From the NCBI GenBank assembly GCA_010093815.1, contig ML996567.1: DNA of 64,000 bases. One strand, given 5' to 3'. Below, in pieces: positions 11,710 through 23,776 of the stretch. Every line of letters starts with the position of its first letter. The stretch's first letter is position 1. This DNA comes from Pseudovirgaria hyperparasitica (lineage: Eukaryota). Under the pieces are notes generated by a model, which was given only the letters and a program-made list of their open reading frames with translations, did not search any database and was not told where the DNA came from. A program made the translations under genes and the position numbers.

Positions 11710-13016
11710 ATATCTAATACTAGTTCTATTTCTAAGCCTACCTCCTCCTCTCGCAAGACTCGCTCTAAAGAGATTATCTCTACCCTAGCTATACCGGCTA
11801 AAAAATCCACTTATCGTAGTAGTATAAAGGCGCGCTCTAAGTTAGAGAAGAAGATAGCTAAGGCTACTACTACTATTACTACTAACGTAGCTACTAGTCG
11901 CTCTAATCTAGGTAATTCTAGTACTGGTGTTACGGAAGAGGTGGCTATAAAGCCTACCTTTACCTACTCGCGCCGCCTATTTACTCTACCTCCTTTAGAG
12001 GATAAAGAAGATCTCGTCATAGATAATAATCGAGAGTTTACGCCTTCGCCGCCTCGCTCTAAACGCCGTTCCTCTTTTCGGTCTAATATAGACCGACTTA
12101 GTTACTCTAGGTCCTTTTAGGACCTTAATATTCGCTCTAAACCTAGCCCTAGTAATAATAAGGCCTAGGTCACCGAAGATACTAAACGTAGTCGCGGTTT
12201 ACGCTATAGAAAAACGGCGAACTACGGTTTAATATACTTTAAGTATATTAAGGCTTACGCTACTAGCTCTAAATATCTCTTCTACTCTAACTCTAGTATT
12301 AGCTACTACTCTACTAACCGCGACGGGCCTATACGCCCTATCTTTACTCTACCTACCCGCTACTACCGCTATACCGTGACTAGTAAGACTTATCTATAGG
12401 TAAGTATAATAGGCTATCTTAATCTAGTATAATCTAAAGTGGTCCGCGCTAATACATTCTTAGGTTCCTATATATATATAAGATATATATAACGACCTTC
12501 CCGTCCGTAAGACCCTCGGGGGTCCTTATAGCCGCCTATCTACTATATAGAGGGAGTTTAGGGAGTACTATAAGCTCTTCCTAGAGGTTATTAAAGTATA
12601 AGTTACGAGCACGTTAATTATTTTTAATACCTATTGATTTTTCTAGCCGCCGCGAGATCTCTAGCGCCTAGACTACCTATTCTAGGGAGTCTATCCTAGC
12701 TATAGAGGCCGTAGAGAGGATTTACTCTATCCCTCTCTATCCGTCTCGCGCTACTAACGTATCTTATAAGAGGTCTACTATTTCTCCCTCTAAGTCGCCT
12801 CGTAAGAGGGTATATATTCCCTTCTAGATTATTCTAGATTATGTTAGCTAACTTTAGACCTAGTCGCTACGCTCCGGCGCTTAAGGCTCTTCCCTCTAGG
12901 CTCTAATAGATCGGGTTATTACTCTAGAGGCTAAGGTCGTCGTCCTCCGCCGCTATATCGTATAGTTAGAGAGAACTATACTAGAGATTAGGATAGATAA
13001 TAAGATAGAGGAGTAG
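11710..13016 (+). pseudogene. RIP-inactivated spliced gene antisense to gag-pol in element 1; predicted Cys6 (Zn2Cys6-like) and coiled-coil protein
   Basis: 230-codon exon at 11710-12399 whose only stops are RIP-type TAG. Introns 12400-12463 (gtaagt..gctaat..tag), 12598-12646 and 12810-12863 (gtatat..gctaac..tag) splice in frame. Confidence 0.7.
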
Positions 13017-13872
13017 CTCTATGGTTCTAGCTCTATGTATTAGCTCTGTGCCTAGCTCTATATATTCTAGATCTACTATAGGTAGTGCGCGCCGGCTCTA
13101 TTTACCTAGCTTTTATCCGTTTTAGTCCTTTTTAGACCGTTTAGATACCCGTTAGTATAAAGAGTAAAGACGTAGAATAGTAGTCTAATAGTTCATAGAG
13201 AGACACAGGAATATATTTGTAGAGTAATCTTACTCTTATACGAGGTTAATTCCTAACGAGTAGGAATCGGTTTATACGGTCTACTTATATAGTAATATCG
13301 CTTAACTTAGCTAACTTAACCTAGCTCTGGCCACTACGTGGCTACATGGATTAGAATAGTCTATATAGGTCCATTATGGTTCCCGTCCTAATAATATCCT
13401 TTTTCTTTTTATGCTTCGCCCCGAAGCACTTAAGTATATATAATCCTAAGTCTTTATAATCTATCGTGTACCTATACATCCGTGACTAAGTTCCTATGAC
13501 GTTATAACTATCCTTAATATAGGTAAACTCGAGATTCTAGTTCACTTTTACTAGTTTATACACGCGCTTATCTCTTGCTTCGTGGCTGCTACCTAGGACA
13601 CGTGATCGCTACTTTGGTCGAGTATATATTTAGCTTCGCTCGCCTTTGATTTTATTCTCTAGTATATCCACCTCGCTCTTAAGGTAAGTCGTTAATTCAT
13701 ATACTATCTTCCCTAGTTTAGGTTTAGAAGGGTCTATAGTGGTCCATTCTTATTAGAACCGGTCCTATATAATCTATTCGCGTTATTACGGTTACTAATT
13801 TAGCTTCGTTAATCGCCGTTAAGGGTGGACGAATATTCCTTCCTTAGATCTCTAGCTAACGTATATATATAG

Positions 13873-15185
13873 ATATCTAATACTAGTCCTATCTCTAAGC
13901 CTGCCTCCTCCTCTCGCAAGACTCGCTCTAAAGGCATCGCCTCCTCCCCGGCCACGCCGGCTAAGAAGCCTACCTATCGCGGTAGTACGAAGGCGCGCTC
14001 TAAGTTAGAGAAGAGAGTAGCTAGGGCTGCTACTATTACTACCTCTATTACTAATATAGCTACTAGTCGCTCTAATCTAGGTAATCCTAGTACTAAACTT
14101 ATAGATAAAGTGGTCATAGATTCTCCTCTCGCTCTAAAGCGTACGCTATCTACTCTACCTCCTCTAGAGAATAAAGAAGATCTTATTATAGACGATAATC
14201 GCAAGCCCTTGCGCTCATCTACGCCGCCGCCTCGCCGCTCTTCCTTCCGGTCTAACATAGACCGATTTAGTCGCTCTAGGTCCTTTTAGGACCTTAATAT
14301 TCGCTCTAAACCCTAGCCTACTAATAATAAGGCCTAGGTCACCGAGGATACTAAATATAGTTATAGTTTACGCTATAGGAAAACGGCGAACTACGGTTCG
14401 ATATACTATAAGTATATTAAGGGCCATATAGCCGGCTCTAAATATCTCTTTCGCTCTAACTCTAGTATTAGCTACTACTCTACTAACCGCGACGGGCCTA
14501 TATACCCTATCTTTACTCTACCTACCCGCTACCGCCGCTATACTATAACTAGTAAGACTTATCTATAGGTAAGTATAATAGGCTATCTTAATCTAGTATA
14601 ATCTAAAGTAGTCCGCGCTAATATATTCTTAGGTTCCTATATATATATAAGATATATATAACGACCTTCGCGTCCGTGAGACCCTCGGGGGTCCTTATAG
14701 CCGCCTACCTACTATATAGAGGGAGTTTAGGGAGCGCTATAAGCTCTTCCTAGAGGTTATTAAAGTATAAGTTATAAGTACGTTAATTATTTTTAATACC
14801 TATTAATTTTTCTAGCCGCCGCGAGATCCCTAGCGCCTAGGCTACCTATTCTAGGGAGTCTATCCTAGCTATAGAGGCCGTAGAGAGGATTCGCTCTATC
14901 CCCCCCTATCCGTCTTACGCTACTAATAGATCTCGTAAGAGGTCTACTATTTCTCCCTCTAAGTCGCCTCGTAAGAGGGTATATATTCCCTTCTAGATTA
15001 TTCTAGATCGTATTAGCTAACTTTAGACCTAGTTACTACGCTCTAGCGCTTAAGGCTCTTCCCTCTAGGCTCTAACGGATCGGGTTATTACTCTAGAGGC
15101 TAAGGTCGTCGTCCTCCGCTACTATATTATATAGTTAGAGAGGACTATACTAGAGGTTAGGACGGATAATAAGATAGAGGAGTAG
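13873..15185 (+). pseudogene. Copy 2 of the antisense spliced Cys6/coiled-coil gene (in element 2)
   Basis: Homologous to 11710-13016 with the same donor, branch and acceptor positions. Confidence 0.68.
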
Positions 15186-17768
15186 CTCTATGGTTCTAGC
15201 TCTATAGGTTTAGCTCTATGCCTAGCTCTATATATTCTAGATCTACTATAGATAGTACGCGCCGGCTCTGTTTACCTAGCTTTTATCCGTTTTAGTCCTT
15301 TTTAGACCATTTAGATACCCATCGGCTAGTTTCTAGTAATTTAATTCTTAACTTAACGATATTATGTGTGCGCTCGCTTAGCTTATAACTATTAGTTTCT
15401 ATATTCTAATTTTCCTTAAGTTACCTAAGTGTGGGCACCGCATATAAATTGGTTTATCTCTATGAATTCTATTAGAGCACCTAAACCAGTGGCCTAGTAG
15501 TTATCGGTTTAGGTACTCTAACTTTTTATGTTTCGTGTTAAGAGTTTAATTCTATGGTAGGGTACCTTTTTTTAGGTTCTTAGTCCCATGTTTTTCTCGT
15601 GTATAATGGTCTATATTAGTCTATTCTAGACTCTTCTATATTATTCTATTATGGTATATCGCGTCGCGTTCCTAAAATGGTTATTTACGCTTTCTTCGCG
15701 TCTAGTAACCGTATAATACTTAAATTATAGGGCTGCTATATAGAGTTTTCCTAGTGCGCGTCTAGATTTCCTAGTTTAGTACTTCGTTCTCTATAGTATC
15801 CTTCTTCTTTTTACGACGACCGCGACGTTACTATACTTATATTAATAATACGCTATTCTATATCTTTTACTTATACGTAGCCATTATAGAACTTAAGATA
15901 TATACTACTAGTTCCTAGGTATCCTCGTCCTTAGTATAGTTCTTCTAACGGATTCTATATTTCTAAATACCGTCTTTATCGATCCTATGTTTAATAATAT
16001 AGTCCACTTTAAACACGTCTAGTCTATCTTAGGGTATAATAGAGTGTAACTATACGTTCGTACGGCTATACATGTTAGGTCGAAATCTTTCGAGTAGTAA
16101 GACGTGGAACACGTTATAGATTCTTATATCGCTTCCTAAGTCGAGCTCATAGACTCTTATACTAATACGATGTTTGATTCGGAAGGGACCAGCCATTTTA
16201 TAATCGAGCTTCTTATTTACTCGCGATATTTATATATTATAGACGTTAAGAAGGACCTTATCGCCCTCCTCGTACGTCTAATCCTTAGCTAACCTATTAT
16301 AGTACTTCGTATACGAGTCGTTTACTTATTAGATTATAGCGTGATAGTTACGTACGGTTTCAAAGATTTTAATTACTAATTCCTAAGCGTGGACGTTCAC
16401 GTCTATTATTTAATTAAATTAGACCGTCTAAGGCTTAAAACCTATCCTTAGACTACGTCCGAGGTTCGCCTAGAAAGGTATAATACCTATCGTACTATAA
16501 CGACTATTATTATATATAAACTCTACTATGCTTAGTAGGGAGGCGTAGTTATCCTACTCGAAATTATAGAATACACGTAGGTAGGCCTCGAGCATCTAGT
16601 TCTATCGCTCTATCTAGCTATCCGTCTAAGGATAAAATACTATAGACATGTTTCTATTTATACTTACTATTTCGTAGAATAACGTCTAGAATTTAGATAT
16701 GAAGATACTTCCTCGGTCCGTAACGATCCTTTTTAGTATACTATGGACCTTAATAATCTTATTCTAGAATACCTACGCTAGTTCTTTAGATGTAATCGTC
16801 TTCTATACCGGGATGTACCTAGATATCTTTATAAGTCTATCCACGATAATAAGAATAGAATTATAACTTATTCTAAGTATCTCGCTTAGAGATAAGTTAA
16901 CTATAAAGTCTATAGTAACGTCTTCCTATATAAAGAGGGGGGCTAAAAGAGGCTATAAATTCCTATATAGCTTATGCCTAGGGGCCTTCGTTCTTTAATA
17001 AATTAGATAAGTAGCTATCTATTCTTTAACGTACTTAGGTATATCTTCCTAAAAATAGTACTAATAAATTAAGCTTAGGGTACGTATATATCTAAAGTAT
17101 TCTACTAGGTTAGTATTATAGTATCGGCTAACTATGTTAAATCGCGCGTTACCCGTTAGTATATAGTACTTTCTATTATAGTAAAGTAAGCCGTCCACGA
17201 AGGTCCACTTATAGTCTACTTTAGTCTATAATAACCTATCTTACTATATTTTACGTAACTTTAAAACTATCGGGTCTATCTTCTATAGATCCATGATTAA
17301 CTAGGCGAGGTTAATTAGATATTCACGCCGGGCATTATCGCCCTTCCCGATAGCGCTAATAAACGGCCTACTAGGGACTTCGGTACCGCGTCTTTAGTTA
17401 CCGGCTTCGGTCTTAGAGATTTAATTACTAGTATCGATGTTAGCATCTCGCTAATCGCCTAATAACTTAAAATCTAACCTCGTCCTTAAGAGTTAGGCCT
17501 ATAGCTACTCTAGGACCCTATGGCTACTATAATTCTAGACGCCTTCTTTATAGTTAGGTCTTCTTAATATTCTATTAGCTAGATTTATACTTCTAGATTA
17601 ATAGTAGATTATAAAGTGAAAGTTCGTAAGCTACTTAGCCTATTAGACCTATCGACGGTTTAAAACCGTCGTGCTTATAAACCCCTTTAAGTTATAGTAA
17701 TTAGTTAGTAACTCGACGTTATATATAGTACCTTTAAGATAATATCGCTACTATTTAAACGACTCTAC

Positions 17769-17878
17769 NNNNNNNNNNNNNNNNNNNNNNNNNNNNNNNN
17801 NNNNNNNNNNNNNNNNNNNNNNNNNNNNNNNNNNNNNNNNNNNNNNNNNNNNNNNNNNNNNNNNNNNNNNNNNNNNNN
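17769..17878. other. Assembly gap (N run) in RNase H of element 2
   Basis: Run of N. Confidence 0.99.
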
Positions 17879-20800
17879 TTTAACGTAGATAGGTTTAGTT
17901 AGGTCGAAGTACACTAGTAATAGGGTAGTTATAAATGCCTCTTTGATTTTCTCGAAGGAGGCCCTTTCGCCTTTTAATAATTCTATAGGCTATAATTTAA
18001 TATTACGCTATTTCTATCTACCGCGGACCGTAATAGATAAATCTATAGTAGTAGTACGCGCGTTAAGCGGTACTACTAGCTAGGAGAAATACTTAATAAA
18101 TTTTTAGTAGTAATTAGCGAATCCGATAAAGACACGTATGTCTTAAACCGATTTTAGTTTAGGCTAGTCCACGATAGTAGCGACCCTGTCCCTTTCTATG
18201 GTTATACCTTAATTAGTAATAACGAAGCTAAGGAAGTTAACATGGTCCTAGTGGAACTTATATTTAGATAGCTTAATATATAGCTTATATTTTTCTAGCC
18301 TATCTAGGACTGCGCGTACGTGCTAGATGTGTTCTTCTTTATTATTAGAGAAGATAAGGATGTTATTAAGGTATACGATGCACGTCGTGTTAAGTAGGCC
18401 TACTAGCGCGTTATTAATATACGCTTAGAAGGTTCCTAGCGCGTTAGTTAGTCTAAAAGGGACCACTATATACTCGAAGTATCTATAACGGGTCCTAAAC
18501 GCCGTTTTCCACTTATCGCCCTTCTTAATATATAGGCGGTAGTAGGCGTCGTATAGATTAAGCTTAGTAAAGATCTTCGCGCGCCCTAGTCTATTAATAG
18601 ACTCGGAGATAAGAGGTAGTAGATAACGATTCTTTCGCGTAATATTATTTAGGCTACGGTAGTCGATATATAGACGGAGACTTCTATCCTTCTTCTTTAT
18701 AAAGAGGATTAGAGCTCCGGCTAGGGATATACTAGACCTAATCTATCCTCGCGTAAGGTTCTTTTCGATATATTCTCGGAGGACCTATAGCTTAGGTTCT
18801 AATAGAGGGTAGATAGGTCCGTATAGGGGTTATTAACCGTCTTCGAGGTTAATAGTAAGGTCGTTAGGTTAGTATTAAGGTAATTTAGATAAGTCGATCG
18901 CTAACGTGATATATTAGTATATTTTATACTAATATAGTAGGTTTTCGTCTACTTTAATACTAAGCTCTCTATTTTAAGTAAGTAAGAGGACGTAGATAGC
19001 GGAGATTACCTTTTCGTAGTCCTTCTAGAATTATTCATCATCAACTAGCTATACTAGATTCTATTATAGTAGGTACATGCGCCAGCCAGCTGTTTTCTAG
19101 ATAAAGTCTAGTTTCGGGTTATATTTTTCGAGCCACGGTATACTAAGGATTATATTAAAGGGACTATCTACCACGATAAAGGTTAAGTAGCAGGGTTTCC
19201 ACTTCCCCCCGCTATCCTAGATACTATATTTAATAGTATAGGTACCCTACGATTTAATAGGACCATCGATACCATGGAAGGTAGCACCTATTAGTACTTA
19301 AATATCGACGTTAAGTTCTTATACTCGTTAAGTTAATATAACGTTAGTAGCTAAACCGCTATTAAATATTATAGTCTAATATTATCCACGAGGGACCTCG
19401 ATAGGCCTAGCCTATAGTTCGATATACTAGTTGGCTAGTTATCTCTCTATTTTAGTTACGCCTATAAGTCGCGAGGGTTCCTTATAGATAGTTAGTTTTT
19501 TATATCGTATACCGGGTAGTTAGGCGCGATGTGTCCTAGCTATTAGTACTTATAGTATATAACTAACTTAGTATCTATATTAGTATTCGGTAGTTTCTCT
19601 AAGCGGCACTCGGGTGCTATATAGCCTATCCTACTATAGGTATAGTAGGTAACTTTAGGTTATTTATACGAGTCGTTTCTCGCGTCTCGATATATCGACT
19701 AGTAGAAAGATCCGTAGTACGGGCCTTGTCTTCTCGAGTTCGTAGAGTAGTAGCGCCCATAAGGTATTCCGCGCGATCTATTACTAAACCGGTCCTCTTT
19801 AGACGATTTTGTATTAGATTAGATTAATAGAGATAGTCGTGCGCCTATACGATGTTAGTTATTTATTATACGCTAATATCGTTCTACGAGATTCGTAAGT
19901 ATCTAAAGGTTAGTAGGGATAGACGTTATAAGGTCGATGCGTTCCTTTACGCTCGGGTTAAGGGACCTTTTAAAGTCGTCGCATTATTAAACCATACGAT
20001 CTTCCTTAGCTTCTCTCTAAAGAGGTTAGAGGTATTTAAGGAGTTATAATAGGGATTATCTCTCTCGCTATTAAGTCTTAAAGATATGGCTCTAAGCCTA
20101 TTCGCGTCGCTCGGCTCTATCACCGAAGTATTAAAGAAGGAATTTAGTGAACGTGTCCTAGTTATACATATCCTTAGGGTGTTTAATTCGATATACCATC
20201 TAACATTTAGATGGCGTTAGGTCTAGGTAGTTCTATACGAACCTAATCTTATTACTATCGTTTATAAATAGGTGGAAGAATCGGCTATACTAGTAAGCCT
20301 ATTTATAAAAGCTCCTTCTAGTTTTACCGTCGAAGTAAGATAGTTTCTTAGGCTAAGGTAACTAGGATAGTAATAGACTTAGTTAGACTATTTCGGCTTA
20401 AGTTAGTCTATATTAGTATAGGTTAGTTACTACTAGCACTAAAGCGCGTAGTATGGCTTTAAGTCTAGTGGTTCGTCCTTACGCTTTATTAAGTTTACGA
20501 AGTTATTACTTAAGCTAAGCCTAATACTACCTCTCCGTATATAGCTTAGTATATATATTATTATAAGGCGTGGTTAACGTTAGTCGGTTCTAATGAATTA
20601 ATTCGTTAACGTTAATAGGGTCTAGTCTTATAGTAAGGATGGGTCTAGTATAGTATAAACTAGACCGCGATAGAGTATAATGGACTCCTTTCTTATTATC
20701 TAGGTAATCTTCCACGGTTATATAGAATACTATACTAGTTATTAGTACGATAGTCTATAGGGTATACTTATTAGTAGAGGTGGTTATAGGGAGACTATTC

Positions 20801-23601
20801 TCTTCGTTTAGATTTAGAGAGAGTCTCTCGTGTAAGGTAGTACCACGGGTATTATAGCGCGTAGTAGAAGCTATCTCTATAAGCTACCGTCGTACTATAT
20901 AGAGAGGAATTAAAATATAAAGAGTGAAGACGTGGGATAGTAGTCTAATAGTTCATAGAGAGACATAGGAATGTATTTATAGAGTAATCTTACTCTTATA
21001 TAAGGTTAATTCCTAACGAGTAGAAATCGGTTTATACGGTCCACTTATATAGTAACATCGCTTAACTTAGCTAACTTAACCCAGCTCTGGCCACTACGTG
21101 GCTGCATGGATTAGAATGGTCTATATAGGTTCATTGTGGTTCCCGTCCTAACAGTCGGCTAGTTTCTAGTAATTTAATTCTTAACTTAACGATATTATGT
21201 ATACGCTCGCTTAGCTTATAACTATTAGTTTCTACATTCTAATTTTCCTTAAGTCACCTAAGTATAGGCACCGTATATAAATTAGTTTATCTCTATAAAT
21301 TCTATTAGAGTACCCGAACTAGTAGTCTAGTAGTTATTAGTTTAGATACTCTAACCTTTTATATTTCGTGTTAAGAGTTTAATTCTATAGTAGGGTACCT
21401 TTTTTTAGGTTCTTAGTCCTATGTTTTTCTCATGTGTAATAGTCTATATTAGTCTATTCTAGACTCTTCTATGTTATTCTATTATGGTATATCGCGTCGC
21501 GTTCTTAAAATGGTTATTTACGCTTTCTTCGTGTCTAGTAACTATATAACGCTTAAATTATAGGGCTACTATATAGAGTTTTCCTAGTACGCGTCTGGAT
21601 TTCCTGGTTTAGCACTTCGTTCTCTACGGTATTCTTCTTCTTTTTATAACGACCGCGACGTCGCTATACTTATATTAATAATATGCTATTCTATATCTTT
21701 TACTTATATATAGCCATTATAGAACTTAAGATATATACCGCTAGTTCCTAGGTGTCCTCGTCCTTAGTGTAGTCCTTCTAACGGATTCTATATTTCTAAA
21801 CACCGTCTTTATTAATCCTATATTCGATAATATAGTCCACTTCGAACACGTCTAGTCTATCTTAGGGTATAATAGAGTATAACTACACGTTCATGCGGCT
21901 ATATACGTTAGGTCGAAATCTTTTAAGTAGTAAGACGTGGAACACGTTATAGATTCTTATATTACTTCCTAAGTCGAGCTCGTAGGCTCTTATACCGATA
22001 TAACGTTTGATTCGGAAGGGACCAGCCATTTTATAATCGAGCTTCTTATTTACTTATAACGTTCGTATATTACGGACGTTAAGAAGGACCTTATCGCCCT
22101 CCTTATACGTCTAATCCTTAGCTAACCTATTATAGTACTTCATATATAAGTCGTTTACTTATTAGATTATAGTACGATAGTTACGTACGGTTTCGAAGAT
22201 TTTAATTGCTAATTCCTAAGCGTGGACGTTCACGTCTATTATTCGATTAAATTAGACCGTCTAAGGCTTAAAACCTATCCTTAGACTACGTCCAAGGTTC
22301 GCCTAGAAAGGTATAATACCTATCATACTATAACGACTATTATTATATACGAACTCTACTATACTTAGTAGAGAGGCCTAGTCGTCCTACTCAAAATTAT
22401 AGAATACACGTAGGTAGGCCTCGAGCGTCTAGTTCTATCGCTCTATCTAGCTATCCGTCTAAGGATAAAATACTATAGACATATTTCTATTTATACTTAC
22501 TATTTCGTAGAATAACGTCTAGAATTTAGACGTGAAGATACTCCCTCGGTCCGTAACGATCCTTTTTAGTATACTATAGACCTTAATAATCTCGTTCTAG
22601 AACACCTACGCTAGTTCTTTAGATATAATCGTCTTCTACACCGGGATATACCTAGATATCTTTATAAGTCTATCCACGATAATAAGAATAGAATTATAAC
22701 TTATTCTAAGCATCTCGCTTAGAGGTAAGTTAACTATAAAATCTATAGTAACGTCTTCCTATATAAAGAGAGGGACTAAAAGAGGCTATAAATTCCTATA
22801 TAGCTTATGCCTAGGGGCCTTCGTTCTTTAATAAATCGGATAAGTAGCTATCTATTCTTTAACGTACTTAGGTATATCTTCCTAAAAATAGTACTAACGA
22901 ATTAAGCTTAGGGTACGTATATACCTAAAGTATCCTACTAGATTAGCGTTATAGTATTAGCTAACTACATTAAATCGCGCGTTACCCATTAGTATATAGT
23001 ACTTTCTATCGTAGTAAAGTAAGCCGTCCACGAAGGTCTACTTATAGTCTACTTTAGTCTATAATAACCTATCTTACTATATTTTATATAACTTTAAAAC
23101 TATCGGGTCTATCTTCTATAGATCTATAATTAACTAGGTAAGGTTAATTAGACATTCACGCTAGGCATTATCGCCCTTCCCGATAGCGCTAATAAACGGC
23201 CTACTAGAGACTTTAGTACCGCGTCTTTAGTTACCGGCTTCGGTCTTAGAGATTCGATTACTAGTATTAATATTAGCATCTCGCTAATCGCCTAATAACT
23301 TAAAATCTAACCTCATCCTCGAGAGTTAGGTCTATAGCTACTCTAGGACCCTATAGCTACTATAATCCTAGGCGCCTTCTTTATAGTTAGGTCTTCTTAA
23401 TATTCTATTAGCTAGGTTTATACTTCTAGGTCGATAGTAGATTATAAAGTGAAAGTTTATAAGCTACTTAGCCTATTAAACCTATTAATAGTTTAAAACC
23501 GTTATACTTATAAACCCCTTTAAGTTATAGTAATTAGTTAGTAACTCGACGTTATATATAGTACCTTTAAGATAATATCGCTACTATTTAAACGACTCTA
23601 C

Positions 23602-23776
23602 NNNNNNNNNNNNNNNNNNNNNNNNNNNNNNNNNNNNNNNNNNNNNNNNNNNNNNNNNNNNNNNNNNNNNNNNNNNNNNNNNNNNNNNNNNNNNNNNNNN
23701 NNNNNNNNNNNNNNNNNNNNNNNNNNNNNNNNNNNNNNNNNNNNNNNNNNNNNNNNNNNNNNNNNNNNNNNNNNNN
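23602..23776. other. Assembly gap (N run) in RNase H of element 1
   Basis: Run of N with the same flanks as the first gap. Confidence 0.99.

Larger units (their letters stand above)
13156..21153 (-). mobile_element. Full-length Ty3/gypsy chromovirus element 2 (~8.0 kb, type-2 LTRs) inserted in element 1
   Basis: 238-bp LTRs at 13156-13393 and 20916-21153; TSD gttag (13151-13155) / gtcgg (21154-21158), differing only by transitions; PPT next to the 3' LTR; gag-PR-RT-RH-IN-chromo motifs on the minus strand. Confidence 0.93.

Noticed and set aside
13974..14258. Minus-strand 94 aa ORF (and 44074..44268 on +)
   Set aside because: Shadow frames opposite the antisense Cys6 gene exon; not conserved as open frames between copies
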